DNA of 64,000 nucleotides, taken from positions 3,954-67,953 of the forward strand of contig JAKCBW010000002.1 of NCBI GenBank assembly GCA_021842145.1, read 5' to 3'. The translations under genes were made by a program, and so were the position numbers. Shown piece by piece: positions 48,284 through 57,275 of this stretch. Source of the stretch: Actinomycetes bacterium. GTDB lineage: Bacteria; Actinomycetota; Acidimicrobiia; Acidimicrobiales; Acidimicrobiaceae. Below the pieces are notes generated by a model. It saw only the letters and a list, made by a program, of their open reading frames with translations, was not told the origin of the DNA and searched no databases. Numbering within the stretch: the stretch's first letter is position 1; every line of letters begins with the position of its first letter.

Positions 48284-49640
48284 GTTGGTTTAGCTCTCTC
48301 CAGGAGATAAAGACCGGGTTATCGGAGACTAAACGCAGTGTCCCGTCGGCCAGGCTTACAGAATGAGAAACTGACACTTGGCAGAGATTTCCCAAGAGTG
48401 CCCCGGCCCTGTTTGCGTGTTCTAATGAGGCGGAGGCAACAGCGAAACTGGAATTATGCGGGACGAGTGACTCAACCCTTTCGAAGTCAGAGGAACCTCC
48501 ACCCAGGAAGATAGCTTCGGAGTTCGAGATAACTTCAGGAAATTCGCAATTGTCACCTTGGATTAAGTTTCCGGTAAAGCCGAACAGGTCGAGATTTCTG
48601 CGAATGATGTCCAGCCTGTGGGGATTTTTCTCGACGAAGGTGACATTGAGGTCAGGTCTCAAGGCTAATGCTGATATCCCGACCGTCCCGACTCCGGCAC
48701 CCAGGTCTACTAGCTGGGCGTTCGGTTCAAGCCAATCGATGCGGAGCTTTGAAAGTATCACCGCTCTGACCTCGGGTTTAGTAAAAGGATTGTCTTGGGT
48801 TATAAACGCTCTGGAGGAAAAAGCCGACGGGCGATTAAGGTGTGAAATCCTTTGAAGAGGGGAAGAAGTCGTTGGCCTCCGAGGGACTTTGTCGTAGCGA
48901 TCCGATTTTCTGATCGCTACGACCACTGCGAAATCCAGATTTTTCCCCGCTAGTTGACTTTCCAGTTCCTGGGGGCTGCTCTTGGTAGAATTGGCCCTTG
49001 TAGAATAGGCCCTTGTAGAATAGGCCCTTGTAGAATAGGCGAAGTGGCTCTCTTGCTCTGAAAGTAAGTCAGAAAAGATGTGGATTTCCCACTCATCAGT
49101 TGCCATGGTGGCAATTGTCTGGCCTAAAGCCCGGCCGTCGTAGGTTGGTGAGGAGATGAGGGCGAGCTTCATAGTGCTCGGGTTATTTAGTACGTTGGCT
49201 AGCTCATCGAGTGAGTCATTCTGATTTCTTCCATGAAATGAAATCACCCTGGCGTCTTCCCAGTTGGTTCCGAGTCGGGCAAAGGCCCATGCCACGGAGG
49301 ATGCGCTTGGAAATACTTCAAATGAGTTTTTTGGGAGCCGTTCTCCTGCCAATCGAACTATTCCGAAATACCCCGGATCTCCTGAGGCGAGGACCACTAC
49401 TGGTTTAGCCATCGTCGGGATCTGATCAAAAATATCGACCATAGGCGATGGAAATTCGAAGACTTCCTGATCCGGCTCTATTAGCCACGAAAGCTTGGCA
49501 ATCTTGCTGCTCGAACCGACTATCGATTTCGCCTGACGGATTTTTTCCATTACCGCCGGCTGGATCCACTTGCCGTCAGAGGAAGCGAGTCCGACTATGG
49601 AAATTTCCGTTCCACCTATTTCGTTGGATGTTTCTGTCAA
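48273..49640 (-). CDS. cobL: Precorrin-6Y / cobalt-precorrin-6B-7 C5,15-methyltransferase (decarboxylating), CbiE+CbiT fusion
   Basis: N-terminal CbiE ('VVLASGDPGYFGI'). C-terminal CbiT SAM motif ('LVDLGAGVGTVGI'). A low-complexity linker between them contains the (YSTRA)3 repeat. Confidence 0.85.
   Translation of the reverse strand: MTETSNEIGGTEISIVGLASSDGKWIQPAVMEKIRQAKSIVGSSSKIAKLSWLIEPDQEVFEFPSPMVDIFDQIPTMAKPVVVLASGDPGYFGIVRLAGERLPKNSFEVFPSASSVAWAFARLGTNWEDARVISFHGRNQNDSLDELANVLNNPSTMKLALISSPTYDGRALGQTIATMATDEWEIHIFSDLLSEQESHFAYSTRAYSTRAYSTRANSTKSSPQELESQLAGKNLDFAVVVAIRKSDRYDKVPRRPTTSSPLQRISHLNRPSAFSSRAFITQDNPFTKPEVRAVILSKLRIDWLEPNAQLVDLGAGVGTVGISALALRPDLNVTFVEKNPHRLDIIRRNLDLFGFTGNLIQGDNCEFPEVISNSEAIFLGGGSSDFERVESLVPHNSSFAVASASLEHANRAGALLGNLCQVSVSHSVSLADGTLRLVSDNPVFISWRELNQHDT
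48991..49040. repeat. Tandem repeat, about 3.3 x 15 bp (taggcccttgtagaa), encoding (YSTRA)3 in the CobL inter-domain linker
   Basis: Read directly. The first copy has one mismatch; the next two are perfect. Confidence 0.9.
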
Positions 49641-49655
49641 TGTAAGGCGTCCAAT

Positions 49656-50780
49656 TTATTTTTCGACCTGTCCTTTTAGGGCCGGTGAGGTCGAAATTGC
49701 TCTATTTGCATCAAAGTCGACCATGGTGACGTCAATAGTGGAGGAACTTGATAGGTTGGCGCTAAGTGTTTGTGCCGCCCACAATGTGAGAAATTCCATT
49801 GGTTTGAAATCGCCCATCGCCTCACAGACCTCATAGAAGTGTCTGGCGGTAGTTGTCTCGTGGGCGGATTGGACTATCCGAGGGTTGGCCGACGCCTCCC
49901 TCGCTGCGCTTTCTAACACGGTGGTGTCAAGGTTGGATCGATGAAAATGGGTCATCGTAGTACCTTCAGCGAGCTTGGAGACCTTTCCAACCATCCCGAT
50001 CCAGTGAAGGGTTGGAAGTTGATTTTTATTGGCTCTTTTTATGGCGACGCCGGTAAAGTCACCAACCTCTACTACCTCCGTATCACTCAAACTTGGATAG
50101 TTTCTTAGTGCGAATTCTTCGGAGCGTGAGCCAGTGACAAAGGCGATCTCCTTGGAGCCCTGAGCCGATGCTACATCTATCTGTTGGACGACCGACGCCC
50201 TAAAAGATGCGGTTGAGAATGGCTTTACAACACCTGTTGTACCCAGAATTGAAATTCCACCCAGGATTCCAAGTCGAGCATTAGTCGTCTTTTTGGCCAT
50301 CTCTTCCCCGCCAGGAACGACGATGGTAACCTTGACCTTTAGGTCGGTCACCTCGGAGATCGCTTGTCGAATCATCTTCTGCGGCACGGGATTGATTGCC
50401 GGCGAGCCGACTTCAAGCCCTAGACCCGGCTTGGTAACCTGGCCAACACCCGAACCTCCAAGGATGACTACTTCACCTGGGTGGTCAAGCACTTCAACCG
50501 AAGCCGTGATATGGGCACCGTGAGTACAGTCGGGATCGTCGCCAGCGTCTTTGATGACGTAGCAACGACCAAATTCGTCCTGAAATACTTCGAAGGGTAC
50601 TTTTATGCCTGACGGAAGGGTAACTTCTACGGCCTTTGGGGCCAGACCGGTGACCTGTCTTATTAGATCGGCTTTCGCTGCGGCGGCGGCGCAAGTTCCT
50701 GTCGTCCAGCCGCTCCTTAGCTTGCCGGCGGGTTTAGGGCCGAGACCCTCTTCGTCTGGGGGAGAAATTGGATCCATCAA
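49656..50780 (-). CDS. cbiD: Cobalt-precorrin-5B (C1)-methyltransferase
   Basis: 'LRSGWTTGTCAAAAAKA' is the CbiD N-terminal signature. 374 aa. Confidence 0.9.
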   Translation of the reverse strand: MMDPISPPDEEGLGPKPAGKLRSGWTTGTCAAAAAKADLIRQVTGLAPKAVEVTLPSGIKVPFEVFQDEFGRCYVIKDAGDDPDCTHGAHITASVEVLDHPGEVVILGGSGVGQVTKPGLGLEVGSPAINPVPQKMIRQAISEVTDLKVKVTIVVPGGEEMAKKTTNARLGILGGISILGTTGVVKPFSTASFRASVVQQIDVASAQGSKEIAFVTGSRSEEFALRNYPSLSDTEVVEVGDFTGVAIKRANKNQLPTLHWIGMVGKVSKLAEGTTMTHFHRSNLDTTVLESAAREASANPRIVQSAHETTTARHFYEVCEAMGDFKPMEFLTLWAAQTLSANLSSSSTIDVTMVDFDANRAISTSPALKGQVEK

Positions 50781-51592
50781 TCTACCACCCTCTTGCTCCT
50801 TCCGGTCGGCCTCCCGGCGGTATCACCCTGCTTTGAGCGCTTTCTATAGCGATGGGCGAAAGTCGGGTTGTACAGGTGACTTCTCTTTTCGCCTTGACCC
50901 GCTAACGCCTCACCCACAAGCACCAGGACAGTTCTAGTTGCACCTACCATTTTCATGGTCTTGCTCAACTCCCCTAACGTGGTCTCGACGATCTGTTGGT
51001 CGGGCCAACTCACCCTTACAACGACGTAAGCGGGTGTGTTTGGGTTATAGACCGAATCCGGACCCAAGAGCTCTGCTTGGAGTTTTTCCGGCATTGCACC
51101 AGAGAGGAATATGGCTAGCGTGCCCCCAACCTTCGAATAGTTTTCAACCGTTTCACCTGGAGGTATGGAGGCGCTGGTTTTGCCTTCGATTCGGGTGAAA
51201 ACGACGCTTTGTGCCTTGCCCGGTACCGTGAACTCCCTAGCGATCACCGCAGAAGCCGCCGATGCGGAGGTTACGCCGGGGATAACTTCGAATTCGATGT
51301 TGTTTTTTTCTAGAAAATCTATCTGTTCGGCGATAGCCCCATATATCGACGGATCTCCTGAGTGGAGACGTACGATGTCGGCTTCTGGACGGGTGGCATA
51401 GATCGCAAGGACATCTTCGAGTGTCATTCCTGACGAGTCGAAGAGTTCTACATCTTCGCTGCAATGGATGAGGAGCTCTTGCGGGATAAGCGAAGAGGCC
51501 CAAATCACAATATCAGCGTCGGCAAGCCGCTTCTGACCACGCAAAGTTATCAGGTCTATAGCCCCGGGCCCCGCACCAACAAAACTGATCAC
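50777..51592 (-). CDS. cobM: Precorrin-4 / cobalt-precorrin-4 C11-methyltransferase
   Basis: 'ISFVGAGPGAIDLITLRG', 'RLHSGDPSIYGA' and 'IPGVTSASAASA'. Confidence 0.9.
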   Translation of the reverse strand: MISFVGAGPGAIDLITLRGQKRLADADIVIWASSLIPQELLIHCSEDVELFDSSGMTLEDVLAIYATRPEADIVRLHSGDPSIYGAIAEQIDFLEKNNIEFEVIPGVTSASAASAVIAREFTVPGKAQSVVFTRIEGKTSASIPPGETVENYSKVGGTLAIFLSGAMPEKLQAELLGPDSVYNPNTPAYVVVRVSWPDQQIVETTLGELSKTMKMVGATRTVLVLVGEALAGQGEKRSHLYNPTFAHRYRKRSKQGDTAGRPTGRSKRVVD

Positions 51593-51745
51593 ATCAAACT
51601 CCTCGAGGGGTGTACATCACTACCGATTCTCAATCGTAGGTGATAAAAATTAATATGTTTCCATTAGCCAACACCGGGCTTCAAAGCATGCCTAGTGCAC
51701 CAGCTCTAATCGCTCGGACGGCCCTTTTTGGCTAAGAAGCCGAAG

Positions 51746-52540
51746 CTAGTGCCGTTTTGGAGGAAAAATGACGGTCGAGAGGTATCCCACAGGTCCATCA
51801 CCTACGCTCTGCAAGGTGGCAACTTCTGACTCTTCGAGACCTATCTTCACACCGATCCAACCCTCGGCGAGTCGACCTGTTTTTTTGGCCAGCTCGACAA
51901 TCGCGGACAGGTTGCTGCCGCCTTTGTAGATTACTACCGCAGACGAGTCATCCATTAGTGCTTCCTCGACCTTAGAGTCCACTTGTAGGCCGACGAGCAG
52001 CCTCAGTGATTCCTCTTCGTCGAGAAGGGTCATTCCCGTTCTGCTTACTAGGTCCTGAAATGCCATGATTCCCGGTATTGACGATATCACTACCCCTGGA
52101 TCGATAGTTAATACCGAGTTGGCTAAGAGGTTGAAAGTAGAGAAGACATTTGGGTCCCCAATGGTGAGAAAGGCCGCCTTTTCCCCCGGCTGAAGCAGAG
52201 TGACAATTTCTTTGGCGGCGATCAAGGCAGCTGATTTCCTAAGTTCGATGCCGCTTTTACCTTTGGTCATATCGAACAAAATTCTCCGTATGGGGATGTT
52301 GCCGATAGCCTTTTTGACAATTTCTTCCGCCCTGCCAGGTTCGTCCTTGTGCGAAGTGGGTGCAAGTACTAGGTCGGCCGTCCTGATCGTCTCGGCGGCG
52401 GCCAGAGTAAGTAACTTGGGATCTCCAGGTCCTACGCCAACTCCACAGAGATACTTCTTGCCCTCAGATTCCATATCTTGTTCCACATCTCGCATTCTCG
52501 GCGGGAATGGCAGTTGTACTGCCAATCGGCCTTCCCGCAT
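51746..52540 (-). CDS. cobI: Precorrin-2 / cobalt-factor II C20-methyltransferase
   Basis: 'LCGVGVGPGDPKLLTLAA', 'LTIGDPNVFST' and 'IPGIMAF'. The start is uncertain (52597, 52540, 52495 or 52474). 52540 has a GGTGGAG just upstream. Confidence 0.8.
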   Translation of the reverse strand: MREGRLAVQLPFPPRMRDVEQDMESEGKKYLCGVGVGPGDPKLLTLAAAETIRTADLVLAPTSHKDEPGRAEEIVKKAIGNIPIRRILFDMTKGKSGIELRKSAALIAAKEIVTLLQPGEKAAFLTIGDPNVFSTFNLLANSVLTIDPGVVISSIPGIMAFQDLVSRTGMTLLDEEESLRLLVGLQVDSKVEEALMDDSSAVVIYKGGSNLSAIVELAKKTGRLAEGWIGVKIGLEESEVATLQSVGDGPVGYLSTVIFPPKRH

Positions 52541-52659
52541 TTCTCCACCGACCGACAATAGTAAGCGCCCAGTTGGGCAACCTCCGAAGTAATTCAACTA
52601 CTCCACTGGATTGAGACTCTATATCATCGCTTCGTTTAACTGACGATCGTCAGTATTTG

Positions 52660-54060
52660 CTAGCTATTCCGTTTTGCCTCATTGAAGGCGAGTGCCCTGG
52701 ATAGGAAGCGATCAGCGGAGGATGGATCGTATCCCAGGTGAAAATGGAGATATGAAGAGACCAAGTTGGCCTCGGCGATACCGGATGAAGTTTTGCCGCT
52801 TCGACCGAGGCACTCAAAGTCATTGCCGTCATCTGACATTTTTGAGTAGTGATATTCGTGAGCGCGGAATATTGTGCCCTTGTCGAAGAGGGGATTCGAC
52901 TTTTGTGTCGACACGAACCGGTAGCCGAGGGTGACTCGTTTCCCCATCGTCGAATGGCCTCGATGAACAGAGGCCGTTTTTATCTTTTCTATAGTCGCCC
53001 CCAGTACCATATGACCGGCGCACTCTGCCCAGATCGGCCCCCCTCGGAGGTAGAAAGAGGCTATTTGCGACAACAGTTTCTGATTCTGGACGATTTCGGT
53101 CAAATAGACCTCGGGGTAACCCCCTCCGATTATCAAGGCGTCAGTCTCTACAGGAAGGGCTTCTTCCGTCGTCGGGTCGAAGCCGACAAGTTGGGCACCG
53201 GCCTCTTCGAGCAGGTCAAAGTTCTCCTGATAGAAAAAGGTGAAGGCTTTGCCCGTGGCAAAAGCGATGGTCGGACGGGTTCGGTTTACTTTGACCTCTC
53301 TGGTTTCGGTCGGTACGGAAAGCGGTATTCGACGGGCCAGCATAAGTATCTTTTCGACATCCAGGTGGGCTTGAACCGCACTTCGAATGGATTCCAGCTT
53401 TTTGGTGGCATGGGACAAGTCTTCTGATGCGGGAATTAGGCCTAGGTGGCGGGAGTCTACTTCGGCCGAAGACTCTTTTGGGATGGCACCAAGCAGCGGT
53501 ATTCCGCTGGCAGTAAGTGCCCTGGCTATTTGGGTGGCATGTTCCTCGCTTGCTACTCGATTTAAGATGACTCCGGCGATCAGCAGGGAAGGATTTGAGT
53601 TTTTAATGCCGATGACGCTTGCTACGAGTGACTCCGTGGTACCTTTTGAATCGAGTACCAGGACGATTGGCGCTCCCAGTAGCATTGCCACCTCGGCGGT
53701 GGAGCCGGTGGGGAAGCGCCAGTTTCCGGGCTGCGGCTCAGGATTTAGCCTGTCGCTAGTTGTATCGAGCGCCGTTCCGTCGAAGATTCCCATTACGCCT
53801 TCAATGATCAAGTAGTCGGCCCCCTTTGCGGCGCGGCCGACGCTGGCTATTGCCCCACTTCGGCCGGTCAAGAAGGTGTCGATGTTGTATGAAGGGCGAC
53901 CGGTTGCAATCCTGTGAAAGGTTGGATCGATGTAGTCGGGCCCGACCTTGGCGGAGGTGATCGAGATACCCCGTTTGCGCACCGCCGCCATTATTCCAGA
54001 CGATATGGTCGTTTTACCTGCTCCGGAATTTAGGGCCGAAATGATAATGGCTCTGGTCAA
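52660..54060 (-). CDS. cobB: Cobyrinate a,c-diamide synthase
   Basis: 'ISALNSGAGKTTISSGI' (P-loop) and the C-terminal glutamine-amidotransferase region 'IWAECAGHMVLG'. The TTG start at 54060 is preceded by AAGGAAA. The ORF-track start at 54276 would add an atypical 72-aa extension. Confidence 0.85.
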   Translation of the reverse strand: MTRAIIISALNSGAGKTTISSGIMAAVRKRGISITSAKVGPDYIDPTFHRIATGRPSYNIDTFLTGRSGAIASVGRAAKGADYLIIEGVMGIFDGTALDTTSDRLNPEPQPGNWRFPTGSTAEVAMLLGAPIVLVLDSKGTTESLVASVIGIKNSNPSLLIAGVILNRVASEEHATQIARALTASGIPLLGAIPKESSAEVDSRHLGLIPASEDLSHATKKLESIRSAVQAHLDVEKILMLARRIPLSVPTETREVKVNRTRPTIAFATGKAFTFFYQENFDLLEEAGAQLVGFDPTTEEALPVETDALIIGGGYPEVYLTEIVQNQKLLSQIASFYLRGGPIWAECAGHMVLGATIEKIKTASVHRGHSTMGKRVTLGYRFVSTQKSNPLFDKGTIFRAHEYHYSKMSDDGNDFECLGRSGKTSSGIAEANLVSSYLHFHLGYDPSSADRFLSRALAFNEAKRNS

Positions 54061-54298
54061 CTTATGGGTTTCCTTGAACTGTGGTTTTTCATCGGCAGCG
54101 CCGAGTCGCCGTTTTGTTGAGTGTAGCGATGGCGGGCGTAGCGGATTGGATAGGGACGGCTCTATCTGTTGATTCAAGGGCGTGTCATCTGATGCGAATG
54201 GCGTAGTCAAGTTGCGAAGTTCGATTCGGCCGTTGGGTATATTTCGCCAAGGTGAGCTTGGGTTGAAATAGCACAAACACCCCTGAGGTTTCGCAGAA

Positions 54299-54823
54299 TT
54301 AGTATTCGATTCCTTTTTTGGCCGTGATGCCTTGATCGTAAGCGTGTTTGATCTTGCGCATCTCAGTTACCGTGTCAGCTAGCTCGACGATCTCCTGCGG
54401 GCAATCTCTTCCCGTGATGATCACGTTGGTCTTCGGCGATCGTGACCGCAGTCCATCTAGGACGACCTCTATAGGTACCCAACCGTATTTGACGGCGTAG
54501 GTCAGTTCATCGAAAATAAGCATGTCATAGTCGCCGCTTCTTAGCATCTGATCGGCAACTTGCCAAGCGTGTCTGCCTTTGGCTGCGGTCTCGTCAAGGT
54601 CGGTGGATTCCCAGGTGAAGCCGTCACCAAGGGTGTGCCATTCGATTTCCAGGTGGTCGGCTAGTTTTTTTTCACCGACTTTCCATTTTCCGCTTTTGAT
54701 GAATTGGACTACTCCGACCCTCCACCCCCTGGCCCATCCCCGTGCCATGACGCCAAATGCCGCCGAAGACTTTCCCTTGCCGTACCCAGTGTTCACTAAA
54801 ATGATCGAATCTGCCCGTGTCAT
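54299..54823 (-). CDS. cobO: Cob(I)yrinic acid a,c-diamide adenosyltransferase
   Basis: 'NTGYGKGKSSAAFG', 'VGVVQFIKG'-like 'VGVVQFIKSGKW', and 'LIFDELTYA'. Confidence 0.9.
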   Translation of the reverse strand: MTRADSIILVNTGYGKGKSSAAFGVMARGWARGWRVGVVQFIKSGKWKVGEKKLADHLEIEWHTLGDGFTWESTDLDETAAKGRHAWQVADQMLRSGDYDMLIFDELTYAVKYGWVPIEVVLDGLRSRSPKTNVIITGRDCPQEIVELADTVTEMRKIKHAYDQGITAKKGIEY

Positions 54824-54839
54824 ATTAATCAGGGTAGTA

Positions 54840-54990
54840 TGAAATCAGACGACGGGGAACTCGGTGTAAATCCGGGACTGGTCCGCAACTGTAAGTAGGG
54901 AGTTTAACCCATTTTTGTCACGGTCTCGCAGGACCGGAAGGCAGGGTGAGGCGTTGATCTATGAGTCAGGAGACCCGGGTCTATGACTGC
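54840..54990 (+). promoter_or_regulatory. Cobalamin (AdoCbl) riboswitch in the cobU leader
   Basis: 'GGGGAACTCGGTGTAAATCCGGGACTGGTCCGCAACTGTAAG' matches the conserved GGTGnnAAnTCC...CCCGCnACTGTnA core. 'GTCACGG...GGACCGGAAGGC' matches GCCACTG...GGGAAGGC. 'GAGTCAGGAGACCCGG' is a B12 box. It ends about 15 nt before the AGAGGAG Shine-Dalgarno sequence and the GTG of cobU. Confidence 0.85.
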
Positions 54991-55006
54991 GAATTAGAGG
55001 AGATGC

Positions 55007-55525
55007 GTGAGATCCGTCGGAGGTACCCTTGTACTGGGTGGAACCAGGTCGGGGAAGTCAAGTTTTGCAGAATCACTTTTGGCCGGACTCGGTAAGCCAG
55101 ATTACCTCGCCACCTTGGGCTTTGATCCTACTGACGTTGATGCCTTGGCGAGGGTAGCTTCGCATAGGGACCGTCGTGCAAACAGCTTCGAGACTAGAGA
55201 ACTTTCCGTGCCAGCGGAATTGCTCCGCTTCATCAAGGGTACTACGAAACCCTTTTTACTGGATTCGATAGGTACTTTCATCTCTTCTTCACTCAGTCGG
55301 AATGTCGATTTGGATTCCGAGTTAGTCGAAGAACTATCCCACAAAGGGCAGAAGTTCGTCGTAGTTTCTGAAGAGGTCGGCCTGAGCGTTCACCCAGAAT
55401 CCAAAATTGGTCGTATTTTTATCGACCGAATGGGAGCCATAAACCAAAAATTGGCCCTTGCCTTGGATTGTGTCTATTTTGTACATGCTGGAATACCCGT
55501 CTTATTGAGGGGCACAGATGGCTGA
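55007..55525 (+). CDS. cobU: Adenosylcobinamide kinase / adenosylcobinamide-phosphate guanylyltransferase
   Basis: P-loop 'GGTRSGKSSFAE' and the guanylyl-His context 'ASHRDRR'. Confidence 0.85.
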   Translation: MRSVGGTLVLGGTRSGKSSFAESLLAGLGKPDYLATLGFDPTDVDALARVASHRDRRANSFETRELSVPAELLRFIKGTTKPFLLDSIGTFISSSLSRNVDLDSELVEELSHKGQKFVVVSEEVGLSVHPESKIGRIFIDRMGAINQKLALALDCVYFVHAGIPVLLRGTDG

Positions 55526-56264
55526 GCAAGTTGATGCGCTACTGTCGTCGGTCGGCTTTCTGAGCTCATTTCCCACTAAAGCGTCGCCGTCGAAGCTAAC
55601 TCCTCGCTATTTCGGGGTTGCTGGAATGCTCTTAGGACTGCTTCTGGGGTTGATATGGAGTCTCACCTCGACTTTATTTTCGCCAGCGCTAGCCGCGGTA
55701 TTCGTTGTTTGCGCGGATGTTTTGCTGACCTATGGACTGCATTATGACGCTATCGCCGATTGCGGTGACGGGCTTTTCGCACATATGAAAACTGAACGGC
55801 GGCTGGAAGTTATGAGGCAGCCAACCATCGGGAGTTTTGGGGCTATAGCCATTTTGCTCGTCGTCCTGCTAAGGGTGACGTCTTTGGCCGAAGTAAGACC
55901 CAGCACGTTCCTCTTGATCGGACTATTAGGTATATCTCGATCCTTGATGGCGCTGGGGATCGGGAGGGGAAATTACGCCCGTCCAAACGGCGGAATGGCG
56001 AGCATCTTCCTCGGGTCCATGTCGGAGGGAGCCGACTTCTTAGTAGTTGTTCCGGTTCTGATACTTTGCGCAGCCTTAGTCGTGGTTGGCGTCGGGATCT
56101 TTGCCGGCGTAGTAGCGATAGTGGTGGCTTTTGGGACAACGGTTTACTTTTACCGACGGGGCGTTTTACTCCTTGGTGGCTTCACCGGCGACTTGTTGGG
56201 AGGCTCTGGGATCCTCTTCGAAACCGTCGCCCTTCTTGTGCTGAGTGCCAAGGCCCTGAGATGA
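55518..56264 (+). CDS. cobS: Adenosylcobinamide-GDP ribazoletransferase (cobalamin 5'-phosphate synthase)
   Basis: A polytopic membrane protein with 'GLHYDAIADCGDGLF' (the DGLAD-type motif). It overlaps cobU by 8 nt. Confidence 0.85.
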   Translation: MAEQVDALLSSVGFLSSFPTKASPSKLTPRYFGVAGMLLGLLLGLIWSLTSTLFSPALAAVFVVCADVLLTYGLHYDAIADCGDGLFAHMKTERRLEVMRQPTIGSFGAIAILLVVLLRVTSLAEVRPSTFLLIGLLGISRSLMALGIGRGNYARPNGGMASIFLGSMSEGADFLVVVPVLILCAALVVVGVGIFAGVVAIVVAFGTTVYFYRRGVLLLGGFTGDLLGGSGILFETVALLVLSAKALR

Positions 56265-56276
56265 AGCTGATGCGAG

Positions 56277-57275
56277 TTGGGATGGATCTGGGATGATGTC
56301 GAGGTGACCAATACGAGAAATTACCGACGAGGAGTCAAGGCTTCGAACCAAATTCTTGGGGCGGCTGCGGGCCTTTTGCTCGACCGAGTCCTCGGAGAGC
56401 CGTCAACCCGCTATCATCCAGTGGCCCTTTTCGGTCGACTCGCCGGTGGTATCGAGCCGCATTTCTGGGAAGACACGAGGCGTTCTGGAGGGTATTTCTG
56501 GACGTCACTTTTGATACCAATTTGGATTCTGGGAGAACTCTTTGAAGGTTCCTTCATCGCTACCGCAGTTTCCAGTTATCTGGCAATTGCCGAAAAGTCC
56601 CTATTTGAAGCGGCTGGTTCGGTCCATAGCTCATTGGCACTTCCAGATCTTGACTTGGCGCGAAGCGAGCTGTTGTCGTTGGTTGGAAGGGACAGGTCTC
56701 ACCTGGAAGAGGACGACATAGCCCGGGCGACCGTCGAGTCGGTAGCCGAAAATAGTGTCGATGCGGTGGTGGGTGTACTTTTTTGGGGGTCACTCCTCGG
56801 GGCAAAGGGAGCGTTGGCATATCGGAGTATCAATACCCTGGATTCGATGTTTGGGAATTTTTCGGATCGATATTCAAATTTCGGATGGACTTCAGCAAAA
56901 TTGGACGACGTAGCAAATTTCATCCCGGCTCGTTTGACTACTCTGATGATCTCTTTGCTATCTCGAACTGACCTCGGGACCCTTCGGAGGACGTTTAGGC
57001 AGGCTAGACCGCATCCTTCGCCCAATGCCGGACTCGTTGAGGCGGCATACGCCGAAGCACTAGGTATTGAACTCGGCGGTGAACTGAGCTACCAAGGAGT
57101 TGGCGAGTTTCGTCCGCTAGTCGGAAAATTGGGCAATGACGTCGTCTCGGAGGACATCCGGCAAGCCGTCTCGTTGGCTCGCAAGGTCGACTCAGTTTTC
57201 GTCACCGCACTGCTGTTATTGGGCGTCTCCATAAGGTGTTTTGCCTATTTCAAAGGGCTAGGAGAAGAGGGTTAA
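56277..57275 (+). CDS. cbiB: Adenosylcobinamide-phosphate synthase
   Basis: 'RYHPVALFG', 'ATVESVAENSVDAV', 'PNAGLVEAAYAEALGIELGG'. A membrane protein. Its stop overlaps the cobQ start (TAATG). Confidence 0.85.
   Translation: MGWIWDDVEVTNTRNYRRGVKASNQILGAAAGLLLDRVLGEPSTRYHPVALFGRLAGGIEPHFWEDTRRSGGYFWTSLLIPIWILGELFEGSFIATAVSSYLAIAEKSLFEAAGSVHSSLALPDLDLARSELLSLVGRDRSHLEEDDIARATVESVAENSVDAVVGVLFWGSLLGAKGALAYRSINTLDSMFGNFSDRYSNFGWTSAKLDDVANFIPARLTTLMISLLSRTDLGTLRRTFRQARPHPSPNAGLVEAAYAEALGIELGGELSYQGVGEFRPLVGKLGNDVVSEDIRQAVSLARKVDSVFVTALLLLGVSIRCFAYFKGLGEEG

Noticed and set aside
51593-51745. Possible second cobalamin riboswitch or regulator site in the 153-bp gap between cobI and cobM
   Set aside because: Neither strand has a GGTG..AA.TCC / CCCGC.ACTGT core or a B12 box. 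There is only an imperfect inverted repeat (ATCAC..CGATT-gaga-AATCG..GTGAT) of unclear meaning.
52849-53815. 192-aa and 142-aa plus-strand ORFs
   Set aside because: They are antisense to cobB (cobyrinate a,c-diamide synthase).
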